A stretch of DNA of 27,625 nt, the filler included, from Dimorphilus gyrociliatus (Eukaryota > Animalia > Annelida), in the NCBI GenBank assembly GCA_904063045.1. It is 2 parts of 2 records of this genome, joined end to end, with 100 filler letters (N's around TTAATTAATTAA, not from the genome) between each part and the next. Parts side by side here need not be neighbours in the genome. Positions count along the whole stretch, not along the records: positions 9,811 to 27,625 come from CAJFCJ010000209.1; 1 more part is not named here. The stretch is one strand, 5' to 3'. Position numbers and translations under genes: made by a program. Of this stretch, positions 17,377 through 27,625 are shown one piece after another. Position 1 is the stretch's first letter. The number at the start of each line of letters is the position of its first letter. The notes beneath the pieces are model-generated. The model had not been told where the DNA came from, made no database searches, and was given only the letters and a program-made list of their open reading frames with translations.

Positions 17377-18849
17377 CAGTGAGGGACAAAAAAAATGGGA
17401 CACCCTAAAAAATGAGTTTAAAAAAGGTATAGCTAAAATGTAAAATAGTGATGTGGTCTTGTATTAATTAAATAAAAAATTTTTATAATTCATTATTTTT
17501 AAGGTCATATTTTTGTTGGGATTTGATGAATTTTTTAAAAAACAGGGACAAAAAAAATGGGACACTTACTAAAAAATCCAATCTAATACTTAGTATGACC
17601 TCCTTTCATGTTAAATACAGCTTCTGCTCTTCTTGGCATACTATCTATAAGCTTTCTTATATATGCTAATGGTATATTATACCATATTTGGGTTATTTCC
17701 TCCTTTAATTGATTGATTGATTTTATGTGTATTTTTTCTAGCTTAGATTCTATAAACCCCCATACGTGTTCTATTGGGTTCAAATCCGGACTCTGGGCTG
17801 GCCATTCTAATAATTTAATGTTCTTTTCGGTGAAAAACTCCATTGTTAACTTTGATTTATGACATGGAGCGTTATCTTGTTGAAAGATATGGTCTTTTAT
17901 CAGGCGTTTGGTTCTTTCTAATTCAAAAATATTTGATAATAGACTAATATACTTCATGGAGTTCATTGTTCCTTCAATGAAAGTTAACTCACCTACACCT
18001 TCATAGCTAATATAGCCCCACACCATTACACCTCCTCCACCAAATTTTACAGTCTTTACTGTATTTGCATCATGGTACTCAGAATTTATTTTTCTGTACA
18101 CTATAACTCTTTTGTTGCTATTGGATAAGCAAAATTTGCTTTCATCACTATAAATTATTTTTCTAAAAAAATCATCACTATTGAATAAAATCTTTTTCGA
18201 AAAATTTAGTCTTTGCAGTCTATGTAGACGAGATAAGAAAGGCTTTCTCCGTGCTATTCTAGCATGTATTCCTCTACTCTTTAAACATCGTATAACTGTT
18301 TTTTTTGATACTTGAATATTAGCTTTTTCCTCAAGCTTTCTTGCTAGTTGATTTCCTACTAGTCTCGGATTTTCTTCTGATATTTTTTGTAAAACATCTA
18401 TTTGGTCACTATCAAGCGATAGACGTCTACCAGAACCTTTTTTTCTAAATATATCTCCATTATCCTTGATTTTTTTTACAATTCTTCCAATAGTAGATTT
18501 ACTTATTTGCATTATCTCCGAGATTTTTCTGATGGAATACTTTGCTTTTCTTAATCCTAAAACCTCACCAATCTCTATTTTACTAATATGTTTTGCCATA
18601 AGGGATAAGTTTTAAGGTATTTTATAAAAATTTTTAGCTCATTTTGTAACTTTTTAGTAAGTGTCCCATTTTTTTTGTCCCTGTTTTTTAAAAAATCCAT
18701 CAAATCCCAACAAAAATATGACCTTAAAAATAATGAATTATAAAAATTTTTTATTTAATTAATACAAGACCACATCACTATTTTACATTTTAGCTATACC
18801 TTTTTTAAACTCATTTTTTAGGGTGTCCCATTTTTTTTGTCCCTCACTG
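17377..18849 (-). mobile_element. Complete Tc1-like DNA transposon (family A, 1473 bp) with about 199-bp IR/DR terminal inverted repeats and TA target duplication
   Basis: TA|cagtgagggacaaaaaaaatgggacac...gtgtcccattttttttgtccctcactg|TA. TIRs are at about 17377..17575 and 18651..18849, each with outer and inner copies of agggacaaaaaaaatgggacac. Confidence 0.95.
17583..18599 (-). CDS. Intact Tc1-family DD34E transposase (338 aa)
   Basis: N-terminal HTH with GSGR. Catalytic segments are IIYSDESKF, VMVWG, FQQDNAPCH and WPAQSPDLNPIE, with 34 residues between the second D and the E. Confidence 0.95.
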   Translation of the reverse strand: MAKHISKIEIGEVLGLRKAKYSIRKISEIMQISKSTIGRIVKKIKDNGDIFRKKGSGRRLSLDSDQIDVLQKISEENPRLVGNQLARKLEEKANIQVSKKTVIRCLKSRGIHARIARRKPFLSRLHRLQRLNFSKKILFNSDDFFRKIIYSDESKFCLSNSNKRVIVYRKINSEYHDANTVKTVKFGGGGVMVWGYISYEGVGELTFIEGTMNSMKYISLLSNIFELERTKRLIKDHIFQQDNAPCHKSKLTMEFFTEKNIKLLEWPAQSPDLNPIEHVWGFIESKLEKIHIKSINQLKEEITQIWYNIPLAYIRKLIDSMPRRAEAVFNMKGGHTKY

Positions 18850-19740
18850 TAGAATAAATATCTCATTTAATCTCTTGAACTTTTTAAACTTTTTAAACCA
18901 TATTGACTGCAATAAATGAAAGAATTGCAGGCCTTTGCAATTATTTTGCCTTCTTATATGTCTTTTAGTCACACTCCATAGACATTCTATATTTTGGGTG
19001 TGGGCTTCAGGATCATTTGGACTAACAACTTATCTATCGTGATTAATATTATAATGGTCGTATTCATCACTTAACTGGGATAGGGCACTACTGTACGCTC
19101 TCCATTGGTTCGTTATTGCTTTTGTGCCAGGAAGAACAATTTGTAATATTATATTTTTAATTGTCTGACTTCTTCTATCTGGGACTTCTACTACAAAAAT
19201 ATTGGTCGTACCACGCTCCATACCGCCTACATACCACCTCTGCTCCAGTAGTCTACCTCTAGTATACTTTCTTTTTAAAAAGAGACTTTCATCCATCTCG
19301 ACAAATTTACTTTCTCCATTTTCATTAATTCCACCAATAGGTTCAGTAGTTTGTTCCATGTGGTATGCTATCGCTTCTAGAATTATTTCCTCCCACTTGG
19401 TTATAGAAGGTCTAGAGATATTTGAGTCGAAAGCTATCACAGACTTTTGAACTCCAAAAATTAGCTTTCTAATAATTTTAAGTATAATTTTGAATGGTAA
19501 TTTACAATTAAAGAAAAAACTTCCATACCTAACAGACTGCTTTGTTTTGTATAGTCTACAAACAAACCTAAGTCCATCAATTAATTTATTTTCTTTGTGT
19601 AAAAACATTGAAACTCTACACTCAGGGCACTTTTGCTTGTTATTTATCAATAGATGGCCAGCCATAAGGTCAAGTAATTCTTTTTTATCATTTATGTTTT
19701 CGAAATAATCACCTCGTAATTTTAAAGATCTGGTTTCAGA
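18850..19740 (-). pseudogene. Merlin/ISXO2-like (IS1595-related) transposase pseudogene
   Basis: ORF 19030..19665 has a CPEC zinc-finger-like start, VEMDES, RKYTRGR, ITNQWRAY (second Asp replaced by Asn) and INH. The same frame continues past a TAA at 19030 as VVSPNDPEAHTQNIECLWS...EIFIL up to the Tc1 boundary. Confidence 0.85.
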
Positions 19741-19845
19741 AAAGGTAAAAATTTATGGTTCAGGTATAATATAATTTGAATTTTTATGAAAACCATTTTA
19801 TTTAAAGAGAAGTGCTTTGAATTTTCAAACCCCCACTATTCTTTA

Positions 19846-22522
19846 CATAAACCTTTATTTTTTCTAGCTTTATGACTAAAACAAATTTCATCCATATTTA
19901 TTTTGGGAAAAAAATGAAACAAGATTTATTTATGCTTTCTTTATTTCTTATACATTCGATTGTTCTTTTATTCATAGAACCAGATGGTTTTTTGCACAAA
20001 TCCAGTGTTGTTTCATTCCATGTTTTTACTATTTTGGCTTTTAATTCATCTTGACTAGAAAACAATTTCCCTTTAATTCGTATTTTTTTATTGCCCAAAT
20101 ATTCTCTATGTGGTTCAAATCAGGAGACTGAGATGGCCAAGGTAGTACATTAATACTATTTGTCTCAAAATAACCTTTAGTAAGCCGACTTATGTGCTTT
20201 GGATCACTATCTTGTTGAAATTTAATAACATCACAAGCCAACTGTGCTTTCATTTCAGGAGATTTGTAGCTAATATTGATACATATTTGTCTGCATCCAT
20301 TGTTCCATCTATAAAAGTTAGTTTTCGAACACCTTTAGAGGTAAAGAATCCCAAACCGTTTTTTTTTTTCTATATCCGAATTTTCTGTCAAGTTAATTGG
20401 ACTTCTTGTATCATCAATTTTCCATAGTTTGGGTCTTCCGGCATCATTAAAATATGAAAAAGGATACTTCATCACTGTAAATAACGCCATTCCAATAGTT
20501 TTTGCCAAAGAACCCCTCCTCTCCGCCATTTTCAGTCTTTGTTCCATATGCTTTGAGGTGAGATGTGGTTCCTTATTGGTGTCACTGCTTTAAAACCATT
20601 ACTTTTTAAAAAATTACGATCTGTCCTAGCTGTAATCGACAGTCCACGTTCTTCAGTTAGTTTATCAGCAATTTTATAGCTTCTAATTAAACTATTACTT
20701 ATAATTTTTTTTTGATCAGTGATAAATCGTGATTTTTTAACACTTTTTTCCTACCAGATCCTGTCTTACGTTCATGTGATCCGAATTCATTATATACAGT
20801 GTGTAAAAAAAAAGTGGTCACCCATATTTTTGTTGATTAATAAACAATTAGGTTGTTTTATTCTGAATAAGTTATACCAAATATTTTATAATTAATCATT
20901 AAAGCTTTTCTATATTTTAAATTTTCTGCTTATCTTATTTTTAATTATTTAATAAAAATGTTTTAAGACTGTAAAAAAAAAAGTGGTCACTTATTGAAAT
21001 CTACTTTCCCTCCACTTTGGTATAAAATAAAATAGCAAATATACCCAACATGGGTCACACTACTCTAACGAGAAGAAAGGAGAAATAATAGGATGAAAAA
21101 TTCAGGGATTTCTCTTAGGAAAATTTCTACAATTTTAGGGATTCCGTATTCATCTGTACAGAAAATCGTTAAAAAAGGCAGATGAATATAATAAATAGGG
21201 CATATGGGAGAAATGGAAGGCCTCAAAAACTTACAGGTCGAAATATAGAACTTCTATATAAGGAAGTAAAAAATGATAATACTATGTCTTGCAGAAAGTT
21301 AGTAGAAAAGTTGAAAGAAAAACAAGGTATAGACTGTTCACATATGACAGTGAAAAATTACCTAAATAAGTTAGACTTTATATCGGCTTCACGATAAAAC
21401 CCCACTTCTTCAACCAAGGCACATAATAACCGTTTTGAAGCTAGCAAGAGGTGGATAAAAATGCCTGAAAGTAGAGTTAAAACAATGATTTTTAGTGATG
21501 AATGTAAATTTAACTTATTAAATTCAGATGGAAATGTAAAGATATGGAAAACTAGAGGAGAACGATTACTTCTAGAAAATGTCGAGGTACATTAAAATTT
21601 GGAGGAGGATCTGTAATGGTATGGGGGTGTTTTTCGTATCATGGTGTTGGAGAAATCAAATTTATCGATGTAAAAATGGATGCAGCATACTACTGCAACA
21701 TGCTAAGCTCTTGTTTGTTTAACTCGGCTCTAAAATGGGATTATCTGATTTTATTTTTGTACAAGATAACGATCCCAAGCATACAAGTAAGCTAGCAAAG
21801 GATTTTTCAGAGAGAATGATATTAAAGTTGAAAGCTGGCCTGCTCAATCTCCTGATTGCAACCCTATAGAAAACTTGTGGGCAATAATCAAGGCCAAAAT
21901 AGGAAATAAAATGTTTAAAACAAGAAACGAACTAAAGGCTGCTATAACAGAAGAATGGAATAAAATACCAGTAGAAACGTGTCAGAATTGGCTTTATCCT
22001 TTAAAAAAGAGCATTGTTACTTTATAGAGCAAAAGGAGGATATATTATGAAATAATGATAGTGACCACTTTTTTTTTACAGTCTTAAAGACATTTTTTAT
22101 TAAATAATTAAAAATAAGATAAGCAGAAAATTTTAAAATATAGAAAACCTTTAATGATTAATTATAAAATATTTGGTATATACTTATTCAGAATAAAACA
22201 ACCTAATTGTTTATTAATCAACAAAAATATGGGTGACCACTTTTTTTTTACACACTGTATCTTGATGATTATCCAAACGGTTGACACGCTAATACCGATT
22301 TTTTTTGAAACATCTCGATATATATATTCCTCATTTTTTAGAGATAGAACCAGACTTTGCCACCCCGGTGTAGTGTGATTCTATAAGAAATTAAAGTGTG
22401 TGAAATTGCCATTAAAGTGGAAGGAAATTCTATTTTAAACTTTGTTTCATTTTTTTCCCAAAATCTATACGGATGAAATTTGTTTTAGTCATAAAGCTAG
22501 AAAAAATAAACTTCAATCGATG
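19846..22522 (-). mobile_element. Old Tc1-like element (family C, about 1.2 kb) interrupted by the family B insertion
   Basis: About 70-bp inverted repeats at about 19854..19923 and 22442..22510 (tttattttttctagctttatgactaaaacaaatttcatcc...). Decayed transposase fragments include FQQDSDPKH and WPSQSPDLNHIENIW. The N-terminus reads through the insertion site. Exact outer ends are uncertain. Confidence 0.75.
20797..22257 (+). mobile_element. Complete but non-coding Tc1-like element (family B, 1461 bp) with about 195-bp IR/DR TIRs and TA duplication
   Basis: TA|cagtgtgtaaaaaaaaagtggtcac...gtgaccacttttttttttacacactg|TA, with inner repeats near 20970-20991 and 22060-22083. The frameshifted transposase at 21050..22055 retains IFSDECKF, GGGSVMVWG, VQDNDPKH and WPAQSPDCNPIENLW. 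Confidence 0.92.
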
Positions 22523-23727
22523 TAAATTCATTTACATAAAGCTTATCAACGTTTAATAAAATTGTCTAGATAAAGTCTAGTTAACAATTTAAGTATAAGA
22601 CTTTTTGAACCTTTTTTCCCAAACAGTAAAACTATTTATGAAAGGTCTGGTCCTGAGAAGTGTATTAGAGAGGATAATCTGTATATGAAAGCGTCTCAAA
22701 TAAATAAATAAAAAAGTATTTAATTAAAAGATTCTATTCAACTTATTTTATTAAATAAGTTTTTCTGTTTCTAGTGGTGGATCCTTACTTCCATAAAGTC
22801 TTCTTTTAGAAGTTTTTGCTTACGTTGGAAGTAAAACATCTTCATCTTTGTAGATTTATAACTATTTACAATTAGGGTTGATATACTCATCATATACTTT
22901 ATAATTACTTTAGTGTAATAGTCATACTTCAATATAAATAGTTTGTAAACACTTCTTATCTTTTCTTTTTTATCTTATCCAATAGCAGTTTTATAAAGCC
23001 TATGGATTGTTTGAATAAAATAATACACATCTTAAACATCTCTATATACATGATTCTCTCATCTATTAAAGTTTCTCTTTTATAAACAGCTTTTGTTTTG
23101 AATGATCTTCGGGTATATTAGATCATTAACTTCTTTTGATTTATCAGTTATACTGATATCTCCTCCGTTGAGCCTTCCTATAAACATGGTTATAAGAGTG
23201 GACATAGCGATGATTGATGGAATGAAAGACATACCCTTCCTTTCTTCAAGTTCTTTTATGCATAATTCTGAAACAGCTATGTTTCAGGTAAAACTCTACT
23301 CTTAAACTATAATTATAATCTTTATAGAGTAGTATAACACTTGAATTATGTATTTAGATTTAAAATAGTTGTATAGGTATGAATCTTGTATCAAAAAAAA
23401 TAAGAATTTGTGAAAAAAAATAAACCTCTTAGATGAGAAGTATTGTGTACTCACTATAAAACTTTGAATCAGTTTATTCAATAATGTTTTAGCACTTAAA
23501 AATGTAAACTGTTTTTTATATGTATAGAATATGAATTTTATTTATAAGATGTTTTTAATGAAAATAAGTTTATGTTGAGTAATGATGGTTTTGTTTAAAG
23601 TTTCAAAAATACATTAAAGGTATCAAATACTAGAGACTTGTATATTATAAGGTCTAAATATAAGGTACTACCTTGGATAAAAATTTTTAGAAAAAATTTT
23701 TATATTTTAATGAATTTTACTATAATT

Positions 23728-24596
23728 TTAATTAAATGTTAAGTTTCTGAAATAAATTCTGAGAATTAAAATAAAAATTTCAAAAAATTCCTCTCTAGAC
23801 ATACCAACAACATATCTTCTTTTAAAGGTATATTCATCAATCCATGCATCGATGTTTTCTCTTTTAACTCCGTTTTCTTTCCTAATAGAAGCTTTTAAAT
23901 GAGACCAAAAGGCCTCGATGTTATTAGTATGAGTACCATCTATCGCTACAAACTCATCAATATGGTTTACAACTCTATGTATCAGTGCTAAGTTAACACA
24001 AATGATGGATAAGATGCATACCCAGCAGTACACAATACACTTCCAACTTTTATTATCCCTCTAAATAGTTACAAAGTGTATTTACTCGCCTATTAGGAAC
24101 TTTCTTCAGGAAGAATTTTCTCCGATTAGTAGGGTCAACTACACCCAAAATCCAGACTGTATCAGCAATGTTATCGGATGTGGAAGTTGGGTTTATTATA
24201 ATGCCCCTTCTGGATAAACAGTCTCATCAGCTTGTATGTTTTTATTTATTTCACCGATAAAAATAGGACTTTGGTCGAAGAATATAGAATAACACGATCT
24301 CAACTGTGTTTGAGCTTTGAGATAGTTACATTTGTGACTCCGAACCAAACATTTAATTGCTAATAACTGCAACCTGAGATTATATAGTATAAAAAACTTA
24401 TATACTTTATTATAGACAGCTTTGTTTTAATTATTAGTGTTTTTTTCTTGCATTTTCTTCCTATGCATCTAAATATCAGCTTCCTTTTGTTAATTTGTTT
24501 ATAAATTTTTAGATCTGTTGTATTAGTACAGTCAGGCCATACACCCTGAGAGTTGACGATGTTATTTTCAACTAAAAAGTCCATTAATGTCTCCAA
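23728..24596 (-). pseudogene. Second Merlin/ISXO2-like transposase pseudogene (different subfamily)
   Basis: Fragments across frameshifts: N-terminal Cys-containing ORF 24360..24596, QADETV, WILGVVD, KVPNRR, and VVNHIDEFVAIDGTHTNNIEAFWSHLK...DEYTFKRRY. Confidence 0.8.
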
Positions 24597-24651
24597 ATTA
24601 TCAAAATATTTTATTTTTTAGGAAGGGGTAAAATAATTTTATAAAAGATTT

Positions 24652-25190
24652 TTGCTTTTGTATATTATAGGGTCTATAACCAAAAAATTTTATATTAAAA
24701 CTAGACCTTATAATATACAAGCCCCCAGATTTGTATATAGAATCTGTAAAAAAAAACAATCTGTTAGATATGGATGCTTTTTTATAAATCAAACATGCCT
24801 CCCCCCCTATATTAAAGACTTTGAGAAAACTGCTACATGGTATAAATAAAGAAGAAATCCCCATGATAGTAGTATAGATAGATTTACTGCGGGTAAATGT
24901 GAGAAAATCGTATTGGGAGCGATTGTAAACCATGTTCAAAAAATACAAGAACCATTAGATGGAGTAGAAGAAGAAAATAGTTCTAAAAAGTCAAATAGAC
25001 GAAATTTTGTTTTTTAAGAGGATATATAATAGAGGCCGGAATTTAATTAAATCTTGATGTGCCGGGATATAGAGCTGCGTCAGTGAAGTACCAGGTAGAA
25101 AAAAGAATATACTAAAACGAGTGACTATCGATAATATTAAATCATGGTAACTTATAATATCAGACGAGTGGAGGGTACATGAAGCAGAAG
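24652..25190 (+). pseudogene. Third Merlin/ISXO2-like transposase relic, related to the 18850..19740 copy and divergently oriented to its neighbour
   Basis: RFVYRICKKKQSVRYGCFF matches RFVCRLYKTKQSVRYGSFF. EPLDGVEEENSSK..VQIDEILFFKRIYNRGR and ISDEWR appear in broken frames. Confidence 0.75.
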
Positions 25191-25199
25191 ATTTATATT

Positions 25200-25810
25200 C
25201 CCGTCAATAAAACCGATATTCGCGTTTTAATTGTTGCCCCTTTTGAATTTGGTTTTTGATCTTTTTTTATACAAGATCTGTTGGTTGGTTGTTTAATAAA
25301 AAGACTTGTTTCATCACTATTAAAAATATTTTCTGAAGAATATGATTGTTTTACTGATTCGAACTCTTTCAAAAAATTTTGCCTTCTGATTTGTTAGCTT
25401 TTGATATTTTATGATGATTTTTAATACTTTTAATTGATTTTCTTCAATAAACTTGCGTATAAAATAATTTGTTGCATTTATATCCTTAAACCGTGCTTTT
25501 TTTTAATAATTTTTGCGGTTGTTTTTAAATCATTTTTCCATAAAGGAAATCCTCCTTTTCTGCACCTTTTAACTTTCTCTAAAAAATGTTTATAGACCTC
25601 TTGATATTTGTTGTTTTTATTAGTTCTTGTTTTAGTTTCTATTAATTTTTCCTTCTAATGTAAAGTATAGATTATTTTTAACTGTTCTAGCCTAGGAAAT
25701 AGTAATATCAAAGTTATTGGCTATTTTTTTATATACCCGCTTTAGGTTTTCTACAATCTTTCGAGCAATTTCGTCTTTCTTTTTAATTGTCATTTTTTTT
25801 CTAGAGTTAT
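25200..25810 (-). pseudogene. pogo/Tigger-like (CENP-B-related DDE_1) transposase relic, 3'-truncated
   Basis: The minus strand gives RKKMTIKKKDEI (CENP-B-type N-terminal HTH-like) and YSSENIFNSDETSLFIKQPTNRS...KTRISVLL (pogo first-Asp motif IFNxDETxLF). No TIRs identified. Confidence 0.65.
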
Positions 25811-26308
25811 CTATAGTTGCGCTAAAATTTATATTGCAAAATAAATCATATATTTAATAAATAGAAAAATTACAGTATAAAAAAATACAATCAAATACGT
25901 GCGATAACTCTGAAAATAGAATCAAGCATGAAATAACTTAAAAAAATTCAAATTTATTGAGTAAAACTTTAGAACCAACTTGAATAGTGTAATTTTATGC
26001 TCTAGACCGCTTTATAGAAATTTTACAGCCCCTTTTATGTTTTATCGCTGGGGTGAGATAAACTTGCCCCACTTTAATTTAATATAAACATTTTTATAGT
26101 TATATATAAGGGCATTTGCATAATTTACGATGAATTTTACTACTAGTAATTTGTCTAGCATCTAGCACGGATGAAATTTTATTAAATTCATATAATAATA
26201 GGGACTTATGTTCATAAACACAACCTAAAATTATTAGTATATAAAAGAAAGTGAGTAGTAGTTTAGTATCATAGTTTATCGATCCCTATAGCTAAATCGG
26301 TAGCTATA

Positions 26309-27625
26309 CAGTGAGGGACAAAAAAAATGGGACACCCTAAAAAATGAGTTTAAAAAAGGTATAGCTAAAATGTAAAATAGTGATGTGGTCTTGTATTAAT
26401 TAAATAAAAAATTTTTATAATTCATTATTTTTAAGGTCATATTTTTTGTTGGGATTTGATGGATTTTTTAAAAAACAGGGACAAAAAAAATGGGACACTT
26501 ACTAAAAAGTTACAAAATGAGCTAAAAATTTTTATAAAATACCTTAAAACTTATCCCCTATGGCAAAACATATTAGTAAAATAGAGATTGGTGAGGTTTT
26601 AGGATTAAGAAAAGCAAAGTATTCCATCAGAAAAATCTCGGAGATAATGCAAATAAGTAAATCTACTATTGGAAGAATTGTAAAAAAAATCAAGGATAAT
26701 GGAGATATATTTAGAAAAAAAGGTTCTGGTAGACGTCTATCGCTTGATAGTGACCAAATAGATGTTTTACAAAAAATATCAGAAGAAAATCCGAGACTAG
26801 TAGGAAATCAACTAGCAAGAAAGCTTGAGGAAAAAGCTAATATTCAAGTATCAAAAAAACAGTTATACGATGTTTAAAGAGTAGAGGAATACATGCTAGA
26901 ATAGCACGGAGAAAGTCTTTCTTATCTCGTCTACATAGACTGCAAAGACTAAATTTTTCGAAAAAGATTTTATTCAATAGTGATGATTTTTTTAGAAAAA
27001 TAATTTATAGTGATGAAAGCAAATTTTGCTTATCCAATAGCAACAAAAGAGTTATAGTGTACAGAAAAATAAATTCTGAGTACCATGATGCAAATACAGT
27101 AAAGATTGTAAAATTTGGTGGAGGAGGTGTAATGGTGTGGGGCTATATTAGCTATGAAGGTGTAGGTGAGTTAACTTTCATTGAAGGAACAATGAACTCC
27201 ATGAAGTATATTAGTCTATTATCAAATATTTTTGAATTAGAAAGAACCAAACGCCTGATAAAAGACCATATCTTTCAACAAGATAACGCTCCATGTCATA
27301 AATCAAAGTTAACAATGGAGTTTTTCACCGAAAAGAACATTAAATTATTAGAATGGCCAGCCCAGAGTCCGGATTTGAACCCAATAGAACACGTATGGGG
27401 GTTTATAGAATCTAAGCTAGAAAAAATACACATAAAATCAATCAATCAATTAAAGGAGGAAATAACCCAAATATGGAATAATATACCATTAGCATATATA
27501 AGAAAGCTTATAGATAGTATGCCAAGAAGAGCAGAAGCTGTATTTAACATGAAAGGAGGTCATACTAAGTATTAAATTGGATTTTTTAGTAAGTGTCCCA
27601 TTTTTTTGTCCTGTTTTTTAAAAAA
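26309..27625 (+). mobile_element. Second copy of Tc1 family A, frameshifted and cut by the window end inside its right TIR
   Basis: TA|cagtgagggac... with near identity to 17377..18849. An A7 run at about 26853 (A8 in the intact copy) splits the transposase into ORFs 26560..26877 and 27057..27575. A few substitutions are present (P>S, T>I, Y>N). Confidence 0.93.

Noticed and set aside
19030-19665. Bacterial IS1595/ISXO2 insertion sequence indicating bacterial DNA
   Set aside because: Eukaryotic Merlin elements share this domain, and the neighbours are TA-targeting Tc1 elements and eukaryotic genes.
26853-26860. Frameshift in the second Tc1 A copy as proof of inactivation
   Set aside because: It is a 1-bp difference in an A homopolymer and could be a sequencing error. 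It cannot be decided without reads.
1-27625. Treating the whole window as one locus, or as animal-to-microsporidian gene transfer
   Set aside because: The two halves are joined only by an artificial spacer, so there is no evidence of physical linkage.
1-27625. rRNA, tRNA or other structured RNA genes
   Set aside because: None was recognisable by eye. A covariance-model scan was not possible, so absence is not proven.

Overview
Eukaryotic window made of two unrelated contigs joined by an artificial 100-bp spacer (N44-TTAATTAATTAA-N44, 9711..9810). The left contig (1..9710) looks animal. It carries the 3' part of a large modular protein gene: beta/gamma-crystallin domains alternating with acidic EGFs, about 20 strongly cationic EGF-like repeats, a Thr/Pro/Glu mucin stalk, an F5/8 type C (discoidin) domain and two 10-Cys modules. 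That gene has one intron and a cluster of indels at its 5' end. The left contig also has a two-alpha-crystallin-domain small heat-shock protein and a short-intron gene for a secreted EGF+CUB protein that the ORF track misses. The right contig (9811..27625) looks microsporidian: intronless genes, extreme AT richness and CCC motifs just before the ATGs. It carries a GH19 chitinase homologue lacking the catalytic glutamates and a P5A ATPase (Spf1/ATP13A1 type) inflated by Asn/Lys-rich repeats. It ends in a 10-kb cluster of DNA transposons: an intact IR/DR Tc1 plus a near-identical second copy, a Tc1 nested in another Tc1, Merlin/ISXO2-like relics and a pogo-like relic. The best novelty candidates are the polycationic EGF protein (possible adhesive or structural secretion) and the GH19 pseudo-enzyme. 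Organism assignments are inferences; no database search was run.
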